In this document: piece by piece, positions 1 through 9,408 of the stretch
How the letters are laid out: the number at the start of each line of letters is the position of its first letter
Position numbering within the stretch: position 1 is the stretch's first letter
DNA from: an uncultured Clostridium sp.
Lineage (GTDB): Bacteria > Bacillota > Clostridia > TANB77 > CAG-508
DNA length: 64,000 nucleotides
Direction of reading: 5' to 3'
NCBI GenBank assembly: GCA_946495655.1
Contig: CAMMDS010000006.1
Span: forward strand, 1,858-65,857
Position numbers and translations under genes: made by a program
Notes under the pieces: generated by a model
The model's input: the letters and a program-made list of their open reading frames with translations, nothing else
Database searches by the model: none
Told to the model about the DNA's origin: nothing

Positions 1-1
1 A

Positions 2-109
2 AAAATTATTGCTGAAGAAATGAATATAAACGAAAATGCAGTAAAACAGTTGAAATTACGAGCAATAAATAATTTGAAAAAATATATGGAGGGAAATTAT
101 GAAAAATAG
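2..109 (+). CDS. C-terminal end (partial) of a sigma-70-family / region-4 HTH regulator
   Basis: Frame 2 reads KIIAEEMNINENAVKQLKLRAINNLKKYMEGNYEK* (stop 107-109). The pattern 'I A e . l . i s . . t V k . . l . R A . . . L k' is the sigma-70 region 4.2 HTH. Truncated by the window edge. Confidence 0.55.
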   Translation, partial: KIIAEEMNINENAVKQLKLRAINNLKKYMEGNYEK

Positions 110-311
110 AACAAAATTTTATGAAATATTAGTAAAGGCAAGAACAGATGAAGTGTCAATGATTTTAGTAATAGGAAAGATAATGCCTCTTATTGATAAA
201 TATTCCTTAAATGAAAAAAATGTTATAGACCAAGATTTAAAGAGTATTTTAATTGAATACGCAATTAGTGTAGTAAAAGAAGAAAATTTTGCAGAAAAAT
301 TGGCTAAATAA
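99..311 (+). CDS. Hypothetical small helical protein (70 aa), sits where Tn916 orf8-like genes sit
   Basis: ORF in the track. Its ATG overlaps the stop of the upstream sigma-like gene (coupled). No recognisable motif. Confidence 0.4.
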   Translation: MKNRTKFYEILVKARTDEVSMILVIGKIMPLIDKYSLNEKNVIDQDLKSILIEYAISVVKEENFAEKLAK

Positions 312-682
312 AAAAATTTATAAAAAAAACGTAACCTTTTTCGTTTTCAAGTGCTGTTCATAGTAGAAGCGTAAAAAACTTCTGGTATGGATTGCACATT
401 GAAAATTGAATAATGTATTTGTTAGATCATACAAGAACTGTGTTTTAGGTGGGTTAGCAACCACTTAAATTAACAATAAGAATGTTATCTTATTGTGAAT
501 ACAGTTTAGGAAACTTTTGTATAGTCACAGCACGAGCGTAAAGTTATAAAGGTAGTCCATAATACTTTTATAATGGTGCGTCACACGCAATGAGTACAAG
601 CCAGAGTTCTGGTTGGTGAAATTCCAATGTTGCTAGAAACAATAGCAGTCTGACAAATGGGAAAAGTAAGAAAATAATAATA

Positions 683-720
683 TCTAAATTAGGGCTATTC
701 CCCCAATAGCCCTAATTAGA
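683..720 (+). terminator. Strong hairpin closing the 312-720 non-coding block
   Basis: ttagggctatt-ccccc-aatagccctaa is an 11-bp perfect stem, extendable to about 17 bp with one bulge. There is no long T-run after it. Confidence 0.4.
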
Positions 721-738
721 AAATCGGAGGCAAAAGAA

Positions 739-909
739 ATGTTAGATATTATTTCAATGGCTATATTAATGTTTATATTAATTGGATTACCTTTAATTCT
801 AATTATTATAGGTGGGAGTAAAAAAACCCCAGAAGAACAAGAATTAGAAGATGAAGAACAGATTAAATATTTGAATGAATATCAAGAAAAGAAAATAAAT
901 AAAAAATAA
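739..909 (+). CDS. Small membrane protein (56 aa), not in the supplied track
   Basis: ATG at 739 preceded by the RBS ggagg (726-730). Translation is MLDIISMAILMFILIGLPLILIIIGGSKKTPEEQELEDEEQIKYLNEYQEKKINKK*. One hydrophobic helix plus a charged tail. Confidence 0.45.
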   Translation: MLDIISMAILMFILIGLPLILIIIGGSKKTPEEQELEDEEQIKYLNEYQEKKINKK

Positions 910-920
910 TTTTGGAGGTT

Positions 921-1112
921 ATGATGGAGAGAAAAATATATAATTGGAAACAAGTTGTTTCATACGGTTTAATTGCATTACATAATTTACTAAATTCTGC
1001 AAATGAAGTAAATATAAAAAATATGCAAATATTTTATGAGCCTTTACAAGAATTACATTCTAAAAAAGAGGCAGAAAAATATGCAGAAATTTTATTAAAT
1101 AAAGAAAAATAA
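921..1112 (+). CDS. Hypothetical protein (63 aa)
   Basis: The track ORF is 912-1112. ATG 921 sits 3 nt after the ggagg at 914-918. A hairpin follows the stop. Confidence 0.4.
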   Translation: MMERKIYNWKQVVSYGLIALHNLLNSANEVNIKNMQIFYEPLQELHSKKEAEKYAEILLNKEK

Positions 1113-1151
1113 AAAGTTGGCAAATGCTGACTTTTTTATTTTGGAGAGGAA

Positions 1152-1394
1152 ATGATAATAATGAGTGAAAGATTAATTTATACAGTTCAAGAAGTGGCTA
1201 AAATTTTACATTCTAGTCCTAACTATATATACACTTTAATAGAAAAAGGTTACCTACCTGCTTTAAAACTTGGAAGTACAAAAATATTAAAATCTACATT
1301 AGAAAAATTTTTGATTGAAAACGAAGGAAATGATCTTTCAGATTTGACAAATATTAAAAAGTTAACTGCTAATGTAGGAGATGATAATATATAA
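1152..1394 (+). CDS. xis: Excisionase-family HTH DNA-binding protein (Xis)
   Basis: YTVQEVAKILHSSPNYIYTLIEKGYLPALKLGSTKI matches the MerR-like excisionase HTH pattern. Its stop overlaps the integrase start (ataATGg). Confidence 0.75.
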   Translation: MIIMSERLIYTVQEVAKILHSSPNYIYTLIEKGYLPALKLGSTKILKSTLEKFLIENEGNDLSDLTNIKKLTANVGDDNI

Positions 1395-2668
1395 TGGCTA
1401 ATGTAAATATAAAAAAGAGAGGTAAAGTATATCAATATCAATTTGAAATAGCTCCTGCAAAAGGAAAGCGAAAATGGATAACAAAATCGGGATTCAAAAC
1501 AAAAGCAGAGGCACAAGAAGAAGGAAATAAAGCATATACGGAATATTTGAACGCAGGTATTCCATTTAAAGAATGTAATATATCATATACTGATTATTTA
1601 GATTATTGGTTAGAAAATTATTGTAAAATAAATTTAAAATACAACACAATACAAGCATATAAGAATATAATAAAAAATCACATAGTTCCTAAATTAGGCA
1701 AATATAGATTATCAACATTGACAAGTGTAAAACTTAATTCATTTATAACTGAAATTTGTGAAGAAAATAATTTTGCACCAGCATATTTTAAAAATATTTT
1801 AAAGGTACTAAAAGGATCTTTTAGAGATGCTTGTAATATTTATGGATTTATAAAGTATAATCCTGCTAGAGATTTACGATTGCCACGATTCGACAAAATG
1901 CAAGAAAATATAAAACATTTATATACTCAAGAAGAAATAGATAAAATATTAAACAAATTTAAAGATAACGATACATTTACTTGTGTGTTCTTAACAGCTT
2001 GTTATACAGGAATGAGAACAGGAGAAGTATGTGCATTAGCTTGGGACGATATAGATTTTAGTAACGGAACTATAAATATTAAGCACAATGTATATGATAA
2101 ACCAAAAGATGATAAGGGAAGATGGTTTTTGGGAAGCACAAAAACTAAATCAGGAACAAGGAAAATTCATATAAGCAATACTTTATTGTTTGCATTGCGA
2201 AATTACAAAAATAAACAAGATTATTTGAAAAAACTTTATGGAGATAGATATGTCTATTACCATATTGAATATGTAAAAAATACTTCTGGCAAAATAAAAG
2301 AAATGCGAATAGTAAAAAATAATCCTAACGAAAAATATGAAAACGATATAGATTTAGTTTTTACTAAAGAAGATGGGACTTATACAGGAACAGATATAAC
2401 TCGTTCACCATTTAAGATTATTCGTAATGAATTAGGAATTAAGAGTAGGTTTTATGATTTAAGAGGAAGTTATGCAACTAAAATATTAAAAAATGGAGTT
2501 GAAATCAGAGATGTTGCAGATATTTTAGGACATAAAAATATCGAAACAACAGAAAATTTTTACATATCAAGCACAGAAGAATCTCGCAAATATGCAACTG
2601 ATATATATGACAGCATAATACAATCAAAAACCATAAAAGAAATAATTAAATATAAAATTGATTTATGA
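1394..2668 (+). CDS. int: Site-specific tyrosine integrase with N-terminal arm-type DNA-binding domain
   Basis: N-terminus KKRGKVYQYQFEI (AP2-like arm-binding domain), a SAM-like core-binding region, and a catalytic domain with TGMRTGE, YDLRGSYAT and LGHKNIETTENFY. Confidence 0.9.
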   Translation: MANVNIKKRGKVYQYQFEIAPAKGKRKWITKSGFKTKAEAQEEGNKAYTEYLNAGIPFKECNISYTDYLDYWLENYCKINLKYNTIQAYKNIIKNHIVPKLGKYRLSTLTSVKLNSFITEICEENNFAPAYFKNILKVLKGSFRDACNIYGFIKYNPARDLRLPRFDKMQENIKHLYTQEEIDKILNKFKDNDTFTCVFLTACYTGMRTGEVCALAWDDIDFSNGTINIKHNVYDKPKDDKGRWFLGSTKTKSGTRKIHISNTLLFALRNYKNKQDYLKKLYGDRYVYYHIEYVKNTSGKIKEMRIVKNNPNEKYENDIDLVFTKEDGTYTGTDITRSPFKIIRNELGIKSRFYDLRGSYATKILKNGVEIRDVADILGHKNIETTENFYISSTEESRKYATDIYDSIIQSKTIKEIIKYKIDL

Positions 2669-2707
2669 TTTCTTGTAATTTTCTTATGATTTCTTGTAAT
2701 TTTCTTA
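2666..2707 (+). repeat. Perfect 21-bp tandem direct repeat (2 copies) starting on the integrase stop codon
   Basis: tgatttcttgtaattttctta occurs at 2666-2686 and again at 2687-2707. Confidence 0.95.
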
Positions 2708-2970
2708 CTCATTGACTATTGTTTAAAAAAATAATATAATAAGAACGAATAATGTATAAAAAGATAATTTATACATTTGATTATATTTGGTAATAGAATA
2801 TAATGAGTGTGGTAAACGGATGTTGACATTGTCCACGATTTGTCCACAGAAAAATGATATTTATAATAAAAATAATACTAATAATATTGATAATTTTAAT
2901 GTTACTTAGTCCTCAAAAAGCCTGAAATATCAATAATATTATAAATATTAAATATATTGATAATACATAA

Positions 2971-3030
2971 GCAGCTACTTCATGCGGTTCGGGAAAGAAA
3001 TATAAGAATTGCTGCGGAAAGAACTCATAG
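2971..3030 (+). pseudogene. secA: 3'-terminal fragment of secA (C-terminal zinc-binding SEC-C motif), probable attR-side remnant
   Basis: Reads AATSCGSGKKYKNCCGKNS*. CGSGKKYKNCCG matches the SecA C-terminal CPCGSGKKYKNCCG motif as I recall it from B. subtilis. The first Cys is missing, an in-frame taa sits at 2968-2970, and prfB (the usual secA neighbour) is downstream. Confidence 0.6.
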
Positions 3031-3127
3031 CACTTGTGTTTAAAGCATTTTACAAAAATCTAAAATTTGATGTCAAAATTAGGTTGACACCTAAACTTAA
3101 ATAAAAATTCATAAAAGGCTTAAAATT

Positions 3128-3169
3128 AAAGAAGTGTAACCTAAATAAAATAGGGAACACTTCTTTTTT
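3128..3169 (+). terminator. Rho-independent terminator after the secA remnant
   Basis: aaagaagtgt ... acacttcttt is a 10-bp stem followed by a T-run. Confidence 0.6.
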
Positions 3170-3206
3170 ATCCATATAGAGTATAAAATAAAAGGAGATT
3201 AAAAAA

Positions 3207-6200
3207 ATGCCAAAGTTTGTAGAAGATGATGACATCGCTTTGAATATAAAAGCGACAAAACAATTTACTGATAGAGAAGAACCAAGAAAAGTATTTTGGG
3301 AAAAATATAACCAGATGTTAAATAATATGGGGAATAATAAAAATCCAATTCAAATAATTTCATATTATGGATTTGGGGGAATTGGAAAAAGTTCTTTGCT
3401 ACATAAAATAAGTGAAGAATTAGAAGAGCAAGCTAGTAATTCTAAAATAGAATTTATAGATTTCGAAAAATTAGTAGAGCTAAATAATAATGTATTAGAT
3501 GTTTTAAAAGTAATTAGACAGGATTTAAAAGATAAATATAAATTTTCGTTTCCAATTTTTGATTTAGTAGTTTATGTGTATGAAACTAAAATGGGAAAAA
3601 CCGCAACTAAGCCAGAGTTAAGCAGTATATTTGATGAAAATAAGGAGCTTGGATTTTTAAAAGATGTAATTGGAGAAATCCCACTAATTGGAACATTCGC
3701 AAAAGTAATTTATTATGCAGATGCAGGAAGAAATATGCTACAAGATAGATTAAAAAACCGTAAACTACGTGAACGTTTATTAGATATTGAAAATACATCA
3801 ATAGAAAATATAAAAGAACATTTAGCATATTATTTTGCTATAGATTTAAAAGAAAATTTAAAAAACGAAAAAGCACCATTTGTATTCTTTATAGATACAT
3901 ATGAAAAATTAGTTAATGAATTATCACAAATAGGCGATCCTTTAAAAAATGATTTATGGTTAAGATCTGATGAAGGATTGATTTGCAGAATACCTAATAC
4001 TTTATGGGTAATTGCAGGTAGAGAAAAACTAAAATGGGAAGAGCTTGATTCTAGTTGGAAAGGGACATTAGAACAACATTTATTAGGCACTTTATCTTTT
4101 GCTGATACAATGCAATTTTTAAAAACTGCAGGCATTGAAAATGAAGATTTAATTCATCAATTATATGCTTTAACACATGGGAATCCTATGTATTTAGATA
4201 TGTGTGTAGATACATATATCAAAGTGGCAGAAAAAGGTAAAACTCCAACCATAGAAGACTTTGGAGGAGATACAACAAAGTTAATAAAACGATTTTTAAT
4301 GTATATGAATGATATGGAAAGAGATTTTTCTATAATGCTTGCGTATGTTCCAGAATGGACAGATGAGACAATAGAAGATATATCAATAAAAATGAATGGT
4401 ACTTTTTCATTCTCACTCTATGAAAAAGTAAAGAAATTTTCTTTTATTGTTAATGAAAATGGAAAATATAAAATGCATGAAAATGTTAAAGATATTATTA
4501 TAGCAAATACTCCAGAAATACAGAAAAATAAATATCAACGAATCCTTCAAGAGGATACTAATATAAAATTAAATGAAGCAACCCAAATAGAGGAAAAGAG
4601 AATTAATGAAATTTTAAAAACAGAAAATAATGGAAAATCCGATGAAAAAATCGCATTTATAGATAACTATGAATCTAAATATACATACAGTCAGATTATC
4701 CGAAATTTGTATAATGAAATTTTAGAAGAAAAAGAAGAAAATTCTTTTAATGGTAAAGTATTATTTTTAATAGAAAAAATAAATGAATATGAGGATAGAT
4801 TTAATGAGCCAATTTATTTTAATGATTGGCAAAAAGTGCCTTTCCCAAAATCTAAATATAATAAATTATTAAAATCATTTAATAAATATGTTACATCAGA
4901 AATGATATATGAATATTATGAAGAATTGAAGGAATTATGGGGAAAATATAGTGAAGAAGCTATATTACCAATAAAGCATAATTTAAGATGGGATAATATA
5001 AAATTTAGTGAAAAAGAAATAAATCCTTTTCTAAATGCTATTGAAAGTAGTATAGGAAAAAATAATCTATACTATATATCAGTATATGGATTATGTGAGA
5101 AATCGCAAGAAGCAGCATTAGAGTTTGTAAAAAGTATAAAAGAATATAATGGTTCTAAAAATAGCTTTTATATGAAATTAATTTTAAGAGCATCATCTGA
5201 ATATATGTTAGAGCAATGTTATTTTAAAAATACGGCTCTTACACATGAATTTTATGAGCATTATTATCTCCACGAAAAAGATATCGCAGTAACAGCAATG
5301 GAAAATTTCTCAATTGCAATTAATACTTTAAAAGAAAATCCAGATCTTTTAGATTTAGATATATTAAAAAGACTTTATGGTGTATATGTAGGTTTTGATA
5401 TGCATAAAGAAAGGCCATTAACTAGCTTATTGTTTGAATATATTTATTCAATTAGATATATTGCACTAAAAACTAGTAATCAAGAAGTAATAGATTGTTT
5501 TTTACGAATCTTTAAAGAGTTTATGGGAGGAGATAATAATGAGAAAAATTCAATCTCAATCGATAAAATCCTATTATCTAAAACTTTAGACTTTTTAAGA
5601 GAATTAAAGTTGCGTTATGAAGAGCTTTATGGTAAAGACCATTACAATGTAAATGAAATGGAAGATTTTATAGATAAATTTGAAGATTTAACACCTGCAA
5701 AATTAGAAAGAATAATGAGAAGTAAAGTAGAACGATACGGATTTGGAGATAGAAGGACCCAGAGATCTTTAGAAACATATGCAATTGAAGTAAAAAATAC
5801 ATCTAAAAGTGGGGAAGAGGCTAAAGCATTTTTTGATATTATATTCTGCAATCTTAAAGATATGATTAAAACTTTTAATAAAGAAGAATTATATGAAAAG
5901 TCTGAACCATATAAAGATGCTCCAATCATTGCGTTTTGTAAATGGGTGGAAAATATAAAAGATTGTTTAGAAGAAATATGTAAAGATGAATATTACAATA
6001 GAATATTAGAAATTGATAGTATTTTATATAAATATTACGATGATTCAAAATTTGACGCATACTATATAGCATCATTGATTGAATATGATATTACACAATT
6101 TATTGAAACCTCTTCAAGACTAAAAGATGAGGCTCAAATTACTAATGCTATACAAATAGTTAAAGATATAATAGAACACAGATATACTAATGATTGTTTT

Positions 6201-6785
6201 CAAAAACCTATAATTGCATACGCATTATATAAAGTATATCATTTTATAAATAATAAAAAAATTAGTAGCTTAGATTATAAAGAATTGAAAGATACTTATT
6301 ACAATCAAATTGATACTTTAGAACAAGTAATAAAATATGAATTAAATGAAAATTTTGGACTAAGCTATGAATACGAATGGACTGAGAAAATATTTGCAAT
6401 ATTATCTGAAAAAGATGCTAATGCTTTTCATAATTATGATGCGGAAAAGCTAGAAAAATTCCTAAAAATAATAGAAGACATGAAAATGCTCCATGAAATA
6501 TATGTAAAAGAATATGGTAAAAAATCACGTAAATCTATTTTAGCTCAAGCTTATACAGGTCTTCTTGAAATTATAACTTTTTTAAAAAATGGAAACGACA
6601 TTTTAGATAAAGCTTTAATATTAGCAGATTCTGAAGATGAAGATTTAAAGTTAGAGTTAACAGAAATTAAAAATATAGCTGATACATATATTGCAATTCA
6701 AAAAAATTCTAAAAATTTTAATGGTTTAGTATTATTTGATTATAAATTAACAGATTTGCATAATATAACAAATGAATCAAAATAA
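3207..6785 (+). CDS. NB-ARC/STAND-class P-loop NTPase with long TPR-like (TPR_12-type) C-terminal region, no recognisable effector domain
   Basis: RBS aaaggag. FTDREEP pre-P-loop motif. Walker A GFGGIGKS (aa 55-62). Walker B FVFFIDTYE (D230). TLWVIAGRE. LLGTLSFADTMQFL. GNPMYL (GLPLAL-like, aa 325-330). About 800 aa of helical repeats follow, with LYGKDHYNV / EYGKKSRKS-type TPR signatures. Confidence 0.75.
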   Translation: MPKFVEDDDIALNIKATKQFTDREEPRKVFWEKYNQMLNNMGNNKNPIQIISYYGFGGIGKSSLLHKISEELEEQASNSKIEFIDFEKLVELNNNVLDVLKVIRQDLKDKYKFSFPIFDLVVYVYETKMGKTATKPELSSIFDENKELGFLKDVIGEIPLIGTFAKVIYYADAGRNMLQDRLKNRKLRERLLDIENTSIENIKEHLAYYFAIDLKENLKNEKAPFVFFIDTYEKLVNELSQIGDPLKNDLWLRSDEGLICRIPNTLWVIAGREKLKWEELDSSWKGTLEQHLLGTLSFADTMQFLKTAGIENEDLIHQLYALTHGNPMYLDMCVDTYIKVAEKGKTPTIEDFGGDTTKLIKRFLMYMNDMERDFSIMLAYVPEWTDETIEDISIKMNGTFSFSLYEKVKKFSFIVNENGKYKMHENVKDIIIANTPEIQKNKYQRILQEDTNIKLNEATQIEEKRINEILKTENNGKSDEKIAFIDNYESKYTYSQIIRNLYNEILEEKEENSFNGKVLFLIEKINEYEDRFNEPIYFNDWQKVPFPKSKYNKLLKSFNKYVTSEMIYEYYEELKELWGKYSEEAILPIKHNLRWDNIKFSEKEINPFLNAIESSIGKNNLYYISVYGLCEKSQEAALEFVKSIKEYNGSKNSFYMKLILRASSEYMLEQCYFKNTALTHEFYEHYYLHEKDIAVTAMENFSIAINTLKENPDLLDLDILKRLYGVYVGFDMHKERPLTSLLFEYIYSIRYIALKTSNQEVIDCFLRIFKEFMGGDNNEKNSISIDKILLSKTLDFLRELKLRYEELYGKDHYNVNEMEDFIDKFEDLTPAKLERIMRSKVERYGFGDRRTQRSLETYAIEVKNTSKSGEEAKAFFDIIFCNLKDMIKTFNKEELYEKSEPYKDAPIIAFCKWVENIKDCLEEICKDEYYNRILEIDSILYKYYDDSKFDAYYIASLIEYDITQFIETSSRLKDEAQITNAIQIVKDIIEHRYTNDCFQKPIIAYALYKVYHFINNKKISSLDYKELKDTYYNQIDTLEQVIKYELNENFGLSYEYEWTEKIFAILSEKDANAFHNYDAEKLEKFLKIIEDMKMLHEIYVKEYGKKSRKSILAQAYTGLLEIITFLKNGNDILDKALILADSEDEDLKLELTEIKNIADTYIAIQKNSKNFNGLVLFDYKLTDLHNITNESK

Positions 6786-6826
6786 AAATGAACGTTAATA
6801 GAATGCGTAAATGTAAGAATATTAAC

Positions 6827-6855
6827 TTGCTTATTCTTAATAGTTATAGTATAAT
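6827..6855 (+). promoter_or_regulatory. SigA-type promoter for prfB
   Basis: ttgctt (6827-6832), a 17-nt spacer, then tataat (6850-6855). Confidence 0.45.
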
Positions 6856-6902
6856 ACCGCTAGTAAAAGATATTTGATTTATGATAGATAGGAAGTGATA
6901 TT

Positions 6903-8019
6903 TTGATAGATTTACAAGAAATAAGTAGTAAACTAGAAAATTTAGATAATAAATTAAATCAAATAGGTGATTCACTTTGACATAAACAACTTAGAAAAAG
7001 AATTGACTAATTTAGAACAGCAAACTACCGAAACTAGTTTCTGGGAAGATTTTAAGAATAGTTCAAAAGTTTTAAAAAGAATAAATGAAATCAAAAGTAG
7101 AGTAGAGCAGTTTAAAAAAATAAAAAGTGAAATTTCAAATCTAATCGAATTAGTAGAATTGTTAAAACAAGAAGATGATGAAGATTTAGAAAAAGAAGTG
7201 CAAAATAGAAGTAAAAAACTTGAAGAAGAGATTGAAAAACTTGAAATTTCTACACTTCTATCAGGAAAATATGATATAAATAATGCAATTTTAACTCTCC
7301 ATCCAGGTGCTGGGGGAACAGAGGCTCAAGATTGGGTTGAAATGCTATATCGAATGTATACAAGATGGGCTAATGCAAATGGATATAAAATAGAAGAGCT
7401 AGATTATTTAGCAGGAGATGAAGCTGGAATAAAAAGCGTTACTTTTTCAGTTTCAGGAGATTATGCATATGGATATCTAAAAGGAGAACAAGGTGTTCAT
7501 AGATTAGTTAGGATTTCTCCATTTGATGCAGGGGGGAGGAGACATACTTCTTTTGCATCAGTAGAAGTCCTTCCAGAAATAACAGATGATATTGAAATTG
7601 ACATTAATCCAGATGATTTAAAAATAGACACATATAGAGCATCAGGTGCAGGAGGACAACATGTAAACAAAACTTCATCTGCTGTAAGAATCACACACAT
7701 TCCCACAGGAATAGTTGTTGCATGTCAAACAGAGAGATCACAAATTCAAAATAGGGAAACGGCTATGAAAATGCTCAAATCTAAATTGTTACACATAAAA
7801 GAACAAGAGCACAAAGATACAATAGATGAACTTAAAGGTATTCAGATGGAAATAGCATGGGGAAGTCAGATTCGTTCTTATGTTTTTTGCCCATATACTT
7901 TGGTAAAAGATCATCGAACTAATTATGAAGTAGGTAATGTACAATCTGTAATGGATGGAGATTTAAATGGATTCATTGACAGTTTTCTAAAATATAATAA
8001 TACAAATGGAAACAATTAA
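6903..8019 (+). CDS. prfB: Peptide chain release factor 2, with programmed +1 frameshift
   Basis: The zero frame runs TTG 6903 ... ggt gat tca ctt tga (stop 6978-6980). The +1 frame continues gac ata aac... to 8019. GGQ motif (SGAGGQHVNKT) and SPF motif (RISPFD) are present. Total length is 3n+1. Confidence 0.92.
6965..6981 (+). promoter_or_regulatory. prfB recoding site: internal SD-like aggtga plus CTT TGA C slip site
   Basis: aggtga at 6965-6970, then ctt tga c at 6975-6981. This is the canonical RF2 autoregulatory signal. Confidence 0.85.
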
Positions 8020-8100
8020 TTAAAACAAAAATATAATATATTATAGGTAAAATATGATTATATTTATGCCTTTTACATTTACATTAAAGGACTGTTCATA

Positions 8101-9282
8101 ATGGAAACTATAGTATTAAAATTTGGAGGGAGTTCTCTTGCAGACAATATTAAATTAAATATTGTGGCAAATAAAATTATTGATTTTTACAACAAAAAAA
8201 ACAAAGTAATTGTTGTTCTTTCTGCGCAAGGAAAAACAACAGACAACTTAATAAAAGAAGCTAAAGAATTATCATACGAGCCAGACAAAAGAGAAATGGA
8301 TGTATTACTTAGTACAGGTGAGCAAGTTTCTATTTCTAAACTTGCAATATTATTAAAAAGATTAGGATATAAATCTATTTCTCTAACTGGTTGGCAAGCA
8401 GGAATTTATACATCAAACACAAATGAAGAATCTAAAATAGAGTATATAAATACAGAAAGAATTCAAAAAGAATTAGAGAATGACAATATAGTGATTATTG
8501 CTGGATTTCAAGGAATAAATGACAATAAAGACATTACTACACTTGGAAGAGGTGGTTCTGATACAACTGCTGTTGCAGTTGCTGCTGCCATGAAAGCTGA
8601 TCATTGTTATATTTTCTCTGATGTAGATGGCGTATATTCTACAGATCCAAATAAAATTACAGATGCAAAGAAAATAGAAGAATTATCATATGACGAAATG
8701 CTCGATTTATCTAATGAAGGAGCAAAAGTTCTTCATAATAGATGTGTAGAAATAGCTCAAAAATATAATGTTTTGATTGAAACAGGTTCTACTTTTAATA
8801 ATAATATTGGTACTCAAATCAATGATAAAATAGAAGAAAGTACTGTCAAAAGTATTGTTAAGAATGATAATATTTTTTTAATAACATTAAAATATGAGAA
8901 TTACAATGAAGATATATTAAATAAATTATATAATTCATTATTAAATAACGATATTATTCCTACAAATATAATAAATAATAGTACAAATAGTTTTAATATT
9001 AGTTTTACAATTAAAACTTCAGACCTAGGTAAATTTCAGGAATTATTAGAATCAGAACTTAGTATGTTTAGTTCATCATTCACTAATATTTCTAGGATTT
9101 CTCTTGTAGGTTATGGAATAATGAATAATAAAAATATAATGAAAAAAACAATAGAACTATTAAATTTAAATTCAGTTGAGATATTTTCTACTCAATTAGA
9201 GGAATGCAAATTTTCTATAATGCTTAAAGAAAAAATAAGTAATAAAGTATTAGAACAATTACACCATGAATTAATAAAATAA
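8101..9282 (+). CDS. Aspartate kinase (DapG-like, with ACT-domain C-terminus)
   Basis: KFGGSSL, GFQG...TTLGRGGSDTTAVAVAAA, FSDVDGVYSTDP. Confidence 0.85.
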   Translation: METIVLKFGGSSLADNIKLNIVANKIIDFYNKKNKVIVVLSAQGKTTDNLIKEAKELSYEPDKREMDVLLSTGEQVSISKLAILLKRLGYKSISLTGWQAGIYTSNTNEESKIEYINTERIQKELENDNIVIIAGFQGINDNKDITTLGRGGSDTTAVAVAAAMKADHCYIFSDVDGVYSTDPNKITDAKKIEELSYDEMLDLSNEGAKVLHNRCVEIAQKYNVLIETGSTFNNNIGTQINDKIEESTVKSIVKNDNIFLITLKYENYNEDILNKLYNSLLNNDIIPTNIINNSTNSFNISFTIKTSDLGKFQELLESELSMFSSSFTNISRISLVGYGIMNNKNIMKKTIELLNLNSVEIFSTQLEECKFSIMLKEKISNKVLEQLHHELIK

Positions 9283-9408
9283 ATATTAAAATATAATCAC
9301 ATTAAACACATGTTATATATTAGTAATAAACATAAAAAAGTATAAATTTTTAAATAAATAGCAATAATTAAAATAAATAAATGAAATATGGAAGGAGAAC
9401 ATAAGAAA

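Larger units (their letters stand above)
1..3030 (+). mobile_element. Right-hand end of an integrative element (ICE/prophage-like): sigma-like regulator tail, small ORFs, excisionase, tyrosine integrase, then a secA 3' fragment that probably marks attR
   Basis: The gene order sigma region-4 tail / small ORFs / HTH excisionase / integrase is typical of Tn916-like and phage-like elements. Integrase is the last gene. A 19-codon SecA zinc-motif fragment, preceded by an in-frame stop, lies about 300 bp after it. The left end lies outside the window. Confidence 0.55.
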
